Source of the DNA: Spirochaetia bacterium
GTDB lineage: Bacteria > Spirochaetota > Spirochaetia > DSM-2461
DNA length: 64,000 nucleotides
Assembly (NCBI GenBank): GCA_963668315.1
Contig: OY764216.1
Span: forward strand, 960,001-1,024,000
Reading direction: 5' to 3'
Shown: positions 1 through 9,010 of the stretch, one piece after another
Numbering within the stretch: position 1 is the first letter of the stretch
Layout of the letters: every line of letters begins with the position of its first letter
Made by a program: the position numbers and the translations under genes
The notes under the pieces: model-generated
Databases searched by the model: none
What the model saw: the letters and a program-made list of their open reading frames with translations, nothing else
Told to the model about the DNA's origin: nothing

Positions 1-2
1 AT

Positions 3-1028
3 CCTGTTGTTAAGGAAGGGGAGTTCGTATTCGCCGCTGTGGGACTCGATCACGGTCATATCTACGGCATGTCCAACGGTCTGGTGGAGGCGGGAGCCAC
101 CCTCAAATGGGTTTACGATCCCGATTCCGAGAAGGTTAAGGCCTTTATGAAGGCTTTTCCCCAGGTCAAGGCGGCCGACTCGGAAGAGCAGGTTCTTTCC
201 GATGATGAAGTGAAGCTCGTCGCCGGGGCATGCATAACCTCCGAACGGGCCGATCTGGGCGTGCGCGTTATGAAGGCGGGCAAGGACTATTTTACCGACA
301 AGGCTCCCCTGACGACCCTGGAGCAGCTGGATATAGTTAAGAAGGTCTGTGCCGAGACGGGTAAAAAATACGCCGTCAGCTACAGCGAGCGTCTTCAGGT
401 GGAAAGTGCCGTTTTCGCCGGCGAACTGATAGAGCAGGGCGCCATCGGTAAAGTCGTCCAGGTTCTGGGACTGGGGCCGCACCGGCTTTCCGCCGACAAG
501 AGACCGGCCTGGTTCTTCGAAAAGGAGAAATACGGCGGTATCCTGTGCGATATCGGAAGCCACCAGATAGAGCAGTTCCTCTTCTATACGGGAGCCACCG
601 ACGCCACGATCGTCTCCAGTCAGATCGCCAACTACAGCCATCCCGAATACCCCGAACTGGACGATTTCGGCGATTGTACCGTGGTGGGAAACAATGGGGC
701 CACCGGGTATTTCCGGGTCGACTGGTTCACCCCCGACGGTCTCTCCACCTGGGGTGACGGACGTATGTTCATCCTGGGAACCGAGGGTTATATCGAGCTC
801 AGAAAGTATGTGGATGTGGCCCGGTCGGAAGAGGAAAACCATGTTTTCCTCGTGAACGGGGAAGGCGAAAAATACATTAACGTCAACGGTAAAGTGGGAT
901 TTCCCTTCTTCGGACAGCTTGTCCTTGACTGTATCAACAGAACGGAAAACGCCATGACCCAGGAACACGCTTTCAAAGCGGCCGAGTTGTGTGTGAAAGC
1001 ACAGATGGCGGCGAAGAAGATTTCCTGA
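3..1028 (+). CDS. Gfo/Idh/MocA family oxidoreductase, 5' end cut by the window edge
   Basis: The frame is open back to position 3 (PVVKEGEFVFAAVGLDHGH). Family motifs DYFTDKAP and GGILCDIGSHQIE are present. Confidence 0.9.
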   Translation, partial: PVVKEGEFVFAAVGLDHGHIYGMSNGLVEAGATLKWVYDPDSEKVKAFMKAFPQVKAADSEEQVLSDDEVKLVAGACITSERADLGVRVMKAGKDYFTDKAPLTTLEQLDIVKKVCAETGKKYAVSYSERLQVESAVFAGELIEQGAIGKVVQVLGLGPHRLSADKRPAWFFEKEKYGGILCDIGSHQIEQFLFYTGATDATIVSSQIANYSHPEYPELDDFGDCTVVGNNGATGYFRVDWFTPDGLSTWGDGRMFILGTEGYIELRKYVDVARSEEENHVFLVNGEGEKYINVNGKVGFPFFGQLVLDCINRTENAMTQEHAFKAAELCVKAQMAAKKIS

Positions 1029-1046
1029 TTCCCCGTGTGTTGAGAG

Positions 1047-1081
1047 AAAGCTTCCGGTTTCTACCCGGAAGCTTTTTTTTT
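1047..1081 (+). terminator. Rho-independent terminator
   Basis: AAAGCTTCCGG-tttctac-CCGGAAGCTTT followed by a T run, directly after the oxidoreductase stop. Confidence 0.9.
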
Positions 1082-1121
1082 GCATTTTTCCGCAAATTTC
1101 TGAACTTTTTCCTGGGAAATC

Positions 1122-1155
1122 TAAAAAATGTCCAAGTCTTGATAAAATACGTACA
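1122..1155 (+). promoter_or_regulatory. Candidate activator site: 13-bp imperfect direct repeat at 21-bp spacing
   Basis: TAAAAAATGTCCA (1122-1134) and TAAAATACGTACA (1143-1155) lie just upstream of a poor -35 and a CATAAT -10 (1179-1184). Confidence 0.5.
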
Positions 1156-1208
1156 TCTCCTTATGGGAAAAACGGGCTCATAATTGAATCATCTTTAAGG
1201 AGGTGTTT

Positions 1209-2492
1209 GTGAAAAAACTATCCATTTTTTTGTTGATCCTGTCTCTTTGTGCTTTCAGCGCCATGGCTAACGGCCAGGGTGACGGAGCTTCTTCAGACGG
1301 TCCCGTTACTGTACAGTACGGCTTCTGGGGAAACCCCGACGGTATCGGAGTTGAGCAGGATATCATTGATGCATTCGAAGCATCCAATCCCACACTCAAG
1401 GTTGAACCGGTTGTTTCCGGCTACAACGAATACCATACGAAACTCCTGACCCTTCTGGCCGGCGGTAACGCCCCCGATGTCATGAGAATCGACTCCTACT
1501 TTTTCCAGGACTTCACTCAGATGAACGCCCTTCGCCCCCTCGGTGATCTCGTGGCCCGCGACGGTGTCGACCTGAGCGCCTACTACCAGCAGGGCGTTGC
1601 CGAGAACACCTACAAGGGTGAACTCTACGGTCTTCCCTGGGGAACTGCCGCCATCTATATGCTCATCAATCTGGATGTCATGGAGCAGGCCGGCGTTGAA
1701 CTTCCTTCCCTCGACTGGAACATGGATGATTTCGAAGAGATCGTCAGGGCTTTCGCCGGAATCGACGATACCTACGGTTACGCCTTCGAGCTGAACAACA
1801 TGTCCGCCATGCTGCCCTATATCTGGGCCAACGGCGCCGACGTTTTCAGTGCCGACAGAAGCAAGTTCACCATGAATGCCAGCGCCGCTACGGACGCTAT
1901 GCAGAGAATCGCCGACCTTTACCAGGAAGGACTTATGCCCCAGGACTGTGTCACCGCTGACGCCGATATCCTGACCCGCTGGTTCATCAACAACAAGGTC
2001 GCCATGAGAATGGGTTCCGCCGCAGAAATCCTGAGCCTTCAGAAGGTTGACGGTATCCGCTTCGAAGCTTTCCCCATGCCTACCGGTGTTGCCAAGGAAG
2101 CCACGATCTTCAAATCCAACATCATCGGTCTGAACAATCAGTCCAAAAAGACCGAAGACGCATGGACCTTCCTCAAGTTCCTCCGCGGACCGGAAGGACA
2201 GGGAGAAACTCTCTACATGAAAGCCAAGAGAATGCCCCCCACCATCGACGATGAGAAATACTGGAGCCTTTACGCCGATCCTACCAAATATCCCAAGATG
2301 ATCGAAAAGAACTCCCGTGAAATCGCTGCCAGCTACGGACACAACCTGCCCATCAGACCGGGCTGGTTGGAAGTACAGCAGCTGCTCTGCCCCGCTTACC
2401 AGCAGATTTTCCTCGGCGAGCTTAGCGCCCAGGAAGCCATGGACGGTATAGCACCCAAGGTTCAGGCCGTTCTGGACAGAACCGCCAAATAA
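1209..2492 (+). CDS. Sugar ABC transporter substrate-binding protein
   Basis: Signal peptide plus SBP_bac_1-like motifs (KLLTLLAGGNAPDVM, YGLPW). GTG 1209 chosen as start because AAGGAGG lies just upstream. Confidence 0.9.
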   Translation: MKKLSIFLLILSLCAFSAMANGQGDGASSDGPVTVQYGFWGNPDGIGVEQDIIDAFEASNPTLKVEPVVSGYNEYHTKLLTLLAGGNAPDVMRIDSYFFQDFTQMNALRPLGDLVARDGVDLSAYYQQGVAENTYKGELYGLPWGTAAIYMLINLDVMEQAGVELPSLDWNMDDFEEIVRAFAGIDDTYGYAFELNNMSAMLPYIWANGADVFSADRSKFTMNASAATDAMQRIADLYQEGLMPQDCVTADADILTRWFINNKVAMRMGSAAEILSLQKVDGIRFEAFPMPTGVAKEATIFKSNIIGLNNQSKKTEDAWTFLKFLRGPEGQGETLYMKAKRMPPTIDDEKYWSLYADPTKYPKMIEKNSREIAASYGHNLPIRPGWLEVQQLLCPAYQQIFLGELSAQEAMDGIAPKVQAVLDRTAK

Positions 2493-2518
2493 AAACGATA
2501 ACCCAAAACCAACTATAA

Positions 2519-2540
2519 CCCGGTCCCTTCTGGGGCCGGG
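2519..2540 (+). other. Intercistronic GC-rich hairpin after the binding-protein gene
   Basis: CCCGGTCCC-ttct-GGGGCCGGG, with no strong U tract. Confidence 0.6.
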
Positions 2541-2563
2541 ATTCTTAAGGATTTAATGACGTT

Positions 2564-3469
2564 ATGAGTAAAACTGCCCAAAACATCGTAACTCAGCGTA
2601 AAAAAAAGGAATATCTGGCGGCTTTTCTTTTCCTGCTGCCTAACCTGGTCGGATTTGTCCTTTTTATGCTGGTCCCCTCATTGGGATCTTTCATCATGGG
2701 ATTTACCGATTGGAATCTGCTCACATCCCCTACTTTTGTGGGACTGGCCAATTTCAAGGAACTCCTTGCTGACGATCTATTCTGGAAAACCCTGGTAAAT
2801 ACGGTATATTATACATTTATCAAGGTGCCTCTCAATTTGTTCCTTTCCCTGCTGCTGGCCATACTGTTAAATAGACAACTACGCGGGCGGGACCTTTTCA
2901 GGGTGATGACTTTTCTCCCCATGGTCTGTTCCTCCGTTTCCATAGCCCTTATCTGGAAGCCCCTCATGGAGTCCACCGATCAGGGTCTTCTCAACCATTT
3001 TCTCGGCTGGTTTCATCTGGGACCCTATCCGTGGATCAATTCCATACCCTGGGCCATGCCCAGTGTAATTCTCGTGGGTATCTGGAAAGAGCTGGGTTAC
3101 TTCATGGTCATTTTCCTCGCCGGGCTTCAGGGCATTTCCAAGTCCTATTACGAAGCGGCGGAAATCGACGGGGCAGGGCCGATAAGCGAGTTCGTCCATA
3201 TCACGCTCCCCCTGATTTCACCGACCACGTTCTTCGTCTTTGTCACGTCGATCATCGGATCCTTCCAGATCTTCGACCTGACATCGGTACTCACCGCAGG
3301 AGGACCGGGTAACGCGACGAATACCATGGTAATGTATATCTATCAGGCCGGTTTCCGGTTCTTCCGCATGGGATACGCCTCGGCACTCGCCTTAGTCCTG
3401 TTTATCGTGATCTTCATTTTCACCATGATTCAGGACCGCGCTTCCAAAAAATGGGTTCATTACGAATAG
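2564..3469 (+). CDS. Carbohydrate ABC transporter permease
   Basis: Multiple TM segments; EAA loop YYEAAEIDGAG. Confidence 0.95.
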   Translation: MSKTAQNIVTQRKKKEYLAAFLFLLPNLVGFVLFMLVPSLGSFIMGFTDWNLLTSPTFVGLANFKELLADDLFWKTLVNTVYYTFIKVPLNLFLSLLLAILLNRQLRGRDLFRVMTFLPMVCSSVSIALIWKPLMESTDQGLLNHFLGWFHLGPYPWINSIPWAMPSVILVGIWKELGYFMVIFLAGLQGISKSYYEAAEIDGAGPISEFVHITLPLISPTTFFVFVTSIIGSFQIFDLTSVLTAGGPGNATNTMVMYIYQAGFRFFRMGYASALALVLFIVIFIFTMIQDRASKKWVHYE

Positions 3470-3478
3470 GAGTCTGAC

Positions 3479-4309
3479 ATGATAGGAAAATCCAAACCCC
3501 AGACCATAGTTCTGAGTTATGTATTCTTAATATTTCTGTTTTTCGTCATGTTCGTCCCCTTCTGGTGGACCGTGGCGACATCGTTCAAAACCTTTGATGA
3601 GGTGTACACCCGTTCCTACTCGCTGATCCCGAACCAGTTCAAGCTGACGAACTACAAGGCGGTCTTCGCGAGTACCCCCTTCGGCATGTACTTCCTCAAT
3701 ACGGTCAAGGTTTCCGCCGCCGTCTGTCTCGGTACGCTCCTGACATCGGCCATGGCGGCTTACGCCTTCTCACGGCTGGAATTCCCCGGAAGGGACGGGC
3801 TGTTCTTCGTCTATCTCTCCACACTGATGATTCCCCGGCAGGTCGTGCTGGTTCCGGACTTCATCCTCTTCAAATGGATGGGCCTTCTGAACACCCACTG
3901 GACCCTTGTCTTTACGGGTATTTTCACCGCCTACGGAACCTTTCTGCTCAGGCAGTTTTTCTTCGGGATTCCCCGGGAACTGGAAGAAGCGGCCGTTATG
4001 GACGGATACGGCTATTTCAGCCGATTCACCAAAATCGTGCTTCCCCTGGCCAAACCGGCTCTGGCGACGCTGTTCATTTTCACCCTGCTCCAGATCTGGA
4101 ACGAGTACCTCTACGCTCTGGTATTCATCAATTCCGACGTGAAGAGAACCCTGACCCTGGGACTGTCCCTGCTAACGGGAGATATGGATGTTCAGTGGAA
4201 CCTCGTCATGGCGGCCACGACCATCTCCATACTGCCGATTGTGGCTGTCTACCTGAGCGCCCAGAGGTTTTTTATCGAAGGCATTGCCTTGACGGGTGTG
4301 AAGGGATAA
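3479..4309 (+). CDS. Carbohydrate ABC transporter permease
   Basis: Multiple TM segments; EAA loop ELEEAAVMDGYG. Confidence 0.95.
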   Translation: MIGKSKPQTIVLSYVFLIFLFFVMFVPFWWTVATSFKTFDEVYTRSYSLIPNQFKLTNYKAVFASTPFGMYFLNTVKVSAAVCLGTLLTSAMAAYAFSRLEFPGRDGLFFVYLSTLMIPRQVVLVPDFILFKWMGLLNTHWTLVFTGIFTAYGTFLLRQFFFGIPRELEEAAVMDGYGYFSRFTKIVLPLAKPALATLFIFTLLQIWNEYLYALVFINSDVKRTLTLGLSLLTGDMDVQWNLVMAATTISILPIVAVYLSAQRFFIEGIALTGVKG

Positions 4310-4312
4310 AAT
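4284..4312 (+). promoter_or_regulatory. Internal sigma70-type promoter, probably leaderless, for the two-component pair
   Basis: TTGCCT-N17-TAAAAT, then 6 nt, then ATG 4319; no SD sequence. Confidence 0.65.
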
Positions 4313-4318
4313 AGTAGT

Positions 4319-5062
4319 ATGCTGCGTGTCATGATAATAGAAGACGAGCCCTCTGCCATGGACCGGTTTTCCGGTTATGTGGAAAGCTACGGCGATTGTC
4401 TGAATGTCACGGCACGGGCCTATACTTCCGAAGAGGGCTGGGATCAGTTTCTTGTGGAAAAGCCGGATATCATCTTCACCGATATCCGGATTCCCGGCGA
4501 GAACGGCCTGGTCCTGGCCGACCGGTTCAGAAAAGCGGGCTGGAAGGGGGAGCTTGTCATCATCAGCGGTTATGACGACTTTTCCTACGCCCAGAAAGCG
4601 TTGAAGATCTCGGCGGCCGATTACCTTTTGAAACCTGTCTTCCAGGAGGATTTCAACCGCATTCTCGACCAGCTTATGGAGAGGATGCGGGAAGAGTCGG
4701 TCCTGGAAGAGGAAGACGACGACATGGTCTGTCCCGAACATATTCTGCGGGCGAAGCAGTATGTGGAGATACATCTGGAAGAGGATATCTCCCTGACCGA
4801 TGCGGCGGAGTACGCCTTTGTCTCCTCCTCCTACTTGAGTTCGAGTTTTCATAAATTTCTCGGCGTCACCTTTATCGAATATATCAGGAATCTGAGAATC
4901 GATAAGGCCAAGGAAATGCTCAAATCCTCCCGCCTCACCCTAAGGGAGATAGGGGAAAAATGCGGTCTGGCCGATCCATCCTATTTCCACAGGTCTTTCA
5001 AGAAGACGACGGGAGTCTCTCCGAGCCGCTTTCGGAAGGAGTTTCACAGGGGAACCGCTTGA
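4319..5062 (+). CDS. YesN-like response regulator (receiver domain + AraC HTH)
   Basis: Receiver motifs IIEDE, FTDIRIPG and YLLKP; AraC C-terminus SYFHRSFKKTTGVSPSRFR. Confidence 0.92.
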   Translation: MLRVMIIEDEPSAMDRFSGYVESYGDCLNVTARAYTSEEGWDQFLVEKPDIIFTDIRIPGENGLVLADRFRKAGWKGELVIISGYDDFSYAQKALKISAADYLLKPVFQEDFNRILDQLMERMREESVLEEEDDDMVCPEHILRAKQYVEIHLEEDISLTDAAEYAFVSSSYLSSSFHKFLGVTFIEYIRNLRIDKAKEMLKSSRLTLREIGEKCGLADPSYFHRSFKKTTGVSPSRFRKEFHRGTA

Positions 5063-6675
5063 GACGGACCCCGCCCTTTTTCCACCGCCTCCTGATCTTC
5101 AGCATCTGTCTCATTACGGCCTGCATTCTCCTTTTCAGTTTCATTACCTACCGCAGAATCTCCCGGGATCTTAACAGTCTCAGCAGGCAGATGATGCTTA
5201 ACCAGGTCCTTTCCGTTGAGAACAGCTATACCTCCCTGGTCGATGAGATGTCCGGCCGGCTGAATTCCCTCATGACTATGATCAAACGGGAGGCGATTGA
5301 GGGGGAGAGAGTCCGTGAGGTTCTGGACAGCATGATGGCCTCTTTCCCCGAATACAGGCATATCTGGATCATAAGAAGAAACGGGGAGCTCCTTAGCGAT
5401 TCCGGTACGAACGGGGACTATCTTTCCCAGACGGACTGGTGGAAGGAATTCAAGGACAGGGCGGCCATTGACGGAAACCCCGATTACCAGGGCCAGTACG
5501 TCGTCGCTCCCTTTCCCGGCGTTCCCTACAAGGACGCCATGGGGCTGAACACAATTCTCCCGGTCTCCTTTTTCCTGCTCTCCAGTATCAATACCGCCGG
5601 TGTGGCCTTTACCGAAATGGATGTCACGACGGTGCTGCAGAGAACTAAGCTCATCAGCGAACTGCTCAGCGGTACCAATTCCTATCCCATTAATATTTCT
5701 CTCTATGACAAATCGGGCCGTCTTCTGGAGACATCGGGCAATCTGTTTCCCGTGGTGGCCGATAATCCGGCCGGCGGCAGCGTCCCGCTCCTTGTGCCTT
5801 TCGAAGACTTGCGGTACTCCTCGGGAGCCGTGTTCGTCCAGGATGATGAGCGGGTATCCGTCTTTTCCCGCAATACGACGCTGGGCCTGGTATTCGCCGG
5901 CTCCCTGCCCAAGGATGCCATTAACAGCAATGCCCGCAGGGCCGCCCTCTACATACTCGTTATCGGGGTTTTCTGCCTGTTGTCCGTTCTGGGGCTGGGA
6001 CTGCTCCTGCTGGGGACCTATTACAGGATGAAGCACTACGAAAAGGAGCAGGCCTCGGCCCGGTTCCAAAGTCTTCAGAACAAAATGAATCCACACTTCC
6101 TGTTCAACACTCTGGACAGTCTGGTCGGAGTGGCGGAGCAGCGTGATTTCACCATGCTCATCAGCATGCTGCGCCATCTCTCCTATATCCTCCACATGAA
6201 TCTGAGGATAACCAGGGACATCATTCCCCTGTCCGATGAGATCCGCTATATAGAGAGCTATGTGGCTCTGCAGAAAATCCGATATAAAGAGGGCTTCTCC
6301 TTTGAGCTGAAGCTGCCGGAAAGCTGCGATGAACTGGAGATCCTCCGGTTCTGCCTGCAGCCCGTTGTGGAGAACTGCTTTGTTCACGGCGTCTCCCTGC
6401 ACAGAGGCTTTGTGGCAGTCAAAATGGCTCTGGAGAGAAGGGACAACTATCTCTGCTGCGACGTCACAAATACCTGTTCCTCCGCCACGGCTGAGACGTT
6501 GGAGAAGCTGCGGGCCCAGCTGTCCGGAGACGGGCAGGGGACGAAGGAGAACCGATTGGGGCTCTTAAGCATTCATAAAAGGCTGCGGATTCTTTACGGC
6601 GATGAATACGGCATCGAGTTACCCCCCCAGAGAGACGTCTTTCACGTTCGCATCTATATGCCCGTTCTCTGCTGA
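5059..6675 (+). CDS. YesM/LytS-type sensor histidine kinase
   Basis: Two TM segments; LQNKMNPHFLFNTLD and LQPVVENCFVHG motifs. TTG start inferred from a 4-nt overlap with the upstream stop (TTGA). Confidence 0.88.
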   Translation: MRRTPPFFHRLLIFSICLITACILLFSFITYRRISRDLNSLSRQMMLNQVLSVENSYTSLVDEMSGRLNSLMTMIKREAIEGERVREVLDSMMASFPEYRHIWIIRRNGELLSDSGTNGDYLSQTDWWKEFKDRAAIDGNPDYQGQYVVAPFPGVPYKDAMGLNTILPVSFFLLSSINTAGVAFTEMDVTTVLQRTKLISELLSGTNSYPINISLYDKSGRLLETSGNLFPVVADNPAGGSVPLLVPFEDLRYSSGAVFVQDDERVSVFSRNTTLGLVFAGSLPKDAINSNARRAALYILVIGVFCLLSVLGLGLLLLGTYYRMKHYEKEQASARFQSLQNKMNPHFLFNTLDSLVGVAEQRDFTMLISMLRHLSYILHMNLRITRDIIPLSDEIRYIESYVALQKIRYKEGFSFELKLPESCDELEILRFCLQPVVENCFVHGVSLHRGFVAVKMALERRDNYLCCDVTNTCSSATAETLEKLRAQLSGDGQGTKENRLGLLSIHKRLRILYGDEYGIELPPQRDVFHVRIYMPVLC

Positions 6676-6799
6676 TTTACCCCCCGGCCTTTCTCTGCGA
6701 TGACAATCCTTTTTTTACTTGGGCTATCCTGTGTCAGTTTGATGAACCGGCGCCCTTTCCTCTTAACGGGACATCCGTATTGATGTAATATTTGTAATT

Positions 6800-7426
6800 A
6801 TGAATAAACCGATTGAACAGGATTTACATATCCATACAAACTACTCCTACGGCGATTCCGCCATTGAGCCCCAGCAGACATTAGATCTGATCAAATCCCT
6901 GGATCATGCCCGGATAACCGGCATAAGCGATCATTTCGAATATGTGACAGAGAACTTTATTGAGTACCGTGACGATGTGCATGGCCATGGATTCTGGTGC
7001 GGATGCGAGATTAATCTCTCAAGCGACGTTCCCCGGGCCCTGGAGCTTCCCTTTGATTACTATATATTTCACTGCCGCAACGAAGAGTCCGAATACCGCG
7101 GTGCCGAGAAGCTTCTCGAATCGGGAAAACCCCTTATCATCTCCCACCCCATCGCCATAGGGGCGGATCTGGCCAAGGTTCCCACCGGATGCTTCATCGA
7201 AGTTAACAACCGCTATATCTGGAAGGCGGAGGACTACAGGAGCTACTATGCCCCCCATCTGGACCGGTTCCGTTTTGTCCTGGGGTCTGATGCGCATAAG
7301 CCCAACTGGCTTAACCATGTGGTCGCCCAGTACGCGGCGGAGCAGATGGGTATTGTTCCCGCTCTGGTTTTCAATGCTCCCTATGTCTCCGCCGAAAAGA
7401 GGGAACCCGCCGGGGTAAAGGCGTAA
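6800..7426 (+). CDS. PHP-domain phosphoesterase
   Basis: PHP metal motifs DLHIHT, ISDH and GSDAH. Confidence 0.85.
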   Translation: MNKPIEQDLHIHTNYSYGDSAIEPQQTLDLIKSLDHARITGISDHFEYVTENFIEYRDDVHGHGFWCGCEINLSSDVPRALELPFDYYIFHCRNEESEYRGAEKLLESGKPLIISHPIAIGADLAKVPTGCFIEVNNRYIWKAEDYRSYYAPHLDRFRFVLGSDAHKPNWLNHVVAQYAAEQMGIVPALVFNAPYVSAEKREPAGVKA

Positions 7427-7496
7427 ATCGGGAATCGATTACGGCCGGATGGCATTCTATGATGACGAAATGAGGAATTTCCGGGATACGAAACAC

Positions 7497-8795
7497 CTAG
7501 GGGGCCGCGGCGTCATTCCTGATGGGGCAGGTACGGCAGTACTCTTTGACAAAGGGTGTCAGATCTCCGCAGTTATTCTCGAACTCCCTGAAGTAGCGTT
7601 TGCTGAATACGATGTAGTATCCTGTGAATGACCGCTGGCAGTGGAGAGTCTTATAATGCTCGTAAAGGGGCTTATAATAATTCCTGTACCAGTGCAGGGT
7701 CAGCTCGCTGATAAAAGGAGCCCGGCGGTACTTCCTTTTTAAAAAGAGGGCGTACTGCAGATACACCTGGCGGTAAAGGTAGCGGATCAGCTTCTTGGAA
7801 CAGGAGGGCAGGGTGAATTCGGGGATAAATTCTTTCTGCCTCGTCATTTGCCGGAATCGGTCAAGGGCTGTTTCCTTGTCTTCGGTCAGTGTCCCCAGAG
7901 TTTTGGCTCCCAGCTGGAGAAAAACGAGAAGGAATTTTTTGCGGTGCAGGCGGGCGGAGTAGAGGCGGTAAATTTCCTCCAGCCAGAGATCTTCGGCTTT
8001 CGGCTGCTTTTCCCAGAACCGGCAGAAGTCAAGAAATACATCGGTTGAACCCCAGCCGGGAAGAAGGTAAAGAAGGGAATTCTGCCCAATATAAACCATG
8101 GTCGTATCATAGATATTTTTCTTCCAGTCTTCTATGAGTTCTTCCGCTGACTCGGGAGAGCGATTCTTTTCCCTTTTAAAACGGTGGGGATATTCGGAAT
8201 AAACCGTCTTTTCCAGGCCGGTCCATGTCCCGCAGCGTCTGACGTCGAACAGGGACGGATCTACATAATTGAAAAGGTCCCTTCTCCTGTGTACGGATAC
8301 CTGCTCTTTCCAGAGGGGCAGGCTGTCGTAACCGAAGGAATCGGGGAGATTGAGAGTGGTGGCCTGCCGGCGGATCCGGGCGCTTATGAAATCCCGTTTG
8401 AGGGCTTTGGCGATTGAGACACGATGGTTGCCGTCCCTGATGAAATAGTAGCCCCCGTACTCGATGAGCCTTACCGGATCAAAGCCTGTGGCCGACTGCA
8501 TATGGATAAGGACTTTGATCCACCGTTCTCTCATCCATTCCCTGCGGGGATAGAAGTCGCCGGTAAAATCTTCCGACCGGTTTTCGCTTCCAATTATCCG
8601 GGAGAGGGGCACATCCTGAAGTCCCCCGTCCGTTTCTCCCGTGGAAGGCAGAATCGCGTGCAGCTTTTCCAGAGAAAGCAGACGGTACTTGTGGGATTTC
8701 TTGGGCAGCAGTCCCAGTATGCGTCCTTTTTTCAGCTGTTTATAGAAGAGTTCCTCCCCCTGATAGTGAAGAACCTCATTCTGGTGTATATCCAT
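7497..8795 (-). CDS. ParB/Srx-like N-terminal domain protein (DUF4032-type architecture)
   Basis: VPLSRIIGSENRSEDF...RERW...YFIRDGNHRVSIA matches the ParB-like nucleotide-binding motif of this family. Confidence 0.65.
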   Translation of the reverse strand: MDIHQNEVLHYQGEELFYKQLKKGRILGLLPKKSHKYRLLSLEKLHAILPSTGETDGGLQDVPLSRIIGSENRSEDFTGDFYPRREWMRERWIKVLIHMQSATGFDPVRLIEYGGYYFIRDGNHRVSIAKALKRDFISARIRRQATTLNLPDSFGYDSLPLWKEQVSVHRRRDLFNYVDPSLFDVRRCGTWTGLEKTVYSEYPHRFKREKNRSPESAEELIEDWKKNIYDTTMVYIGQNSLLYLLPGWGSTDVFLDFCRFWEKQPKAEDLWLEEIYRLYSARLHRKKFLLVFLQLGAKTLGTLTEDKETALDRFRQMTRQKEFIPEFTLPSCSKKLIRYLYRQVYLQYALFLKRKYRRAPFISELTLHWYRNYYKPLYEHYKTLHCQRSFTGYYIVFSKRYFREFENNCGDLTPFVKEYCRTCPIRNDAAAP

Positions 8796-9010
8796 GGCTG
8801 ATCCTGTCTACGATTATACCCCATATAAGGGTTAACGCAAAGATAATCCTTTCCCATCGCCGGGGAATTTCCGCTTTACCCCATGAACAATGTTCGGAAT
8901 TTCTCAATAATGGACGGGAAATTGTAAAAAAAAGAACAATCTATTTCTTATTCCTTGAAAAATGAACTGCACTCTACTAGTATTTATTATCATTGTCAGG
9001 AGAAAAATCT

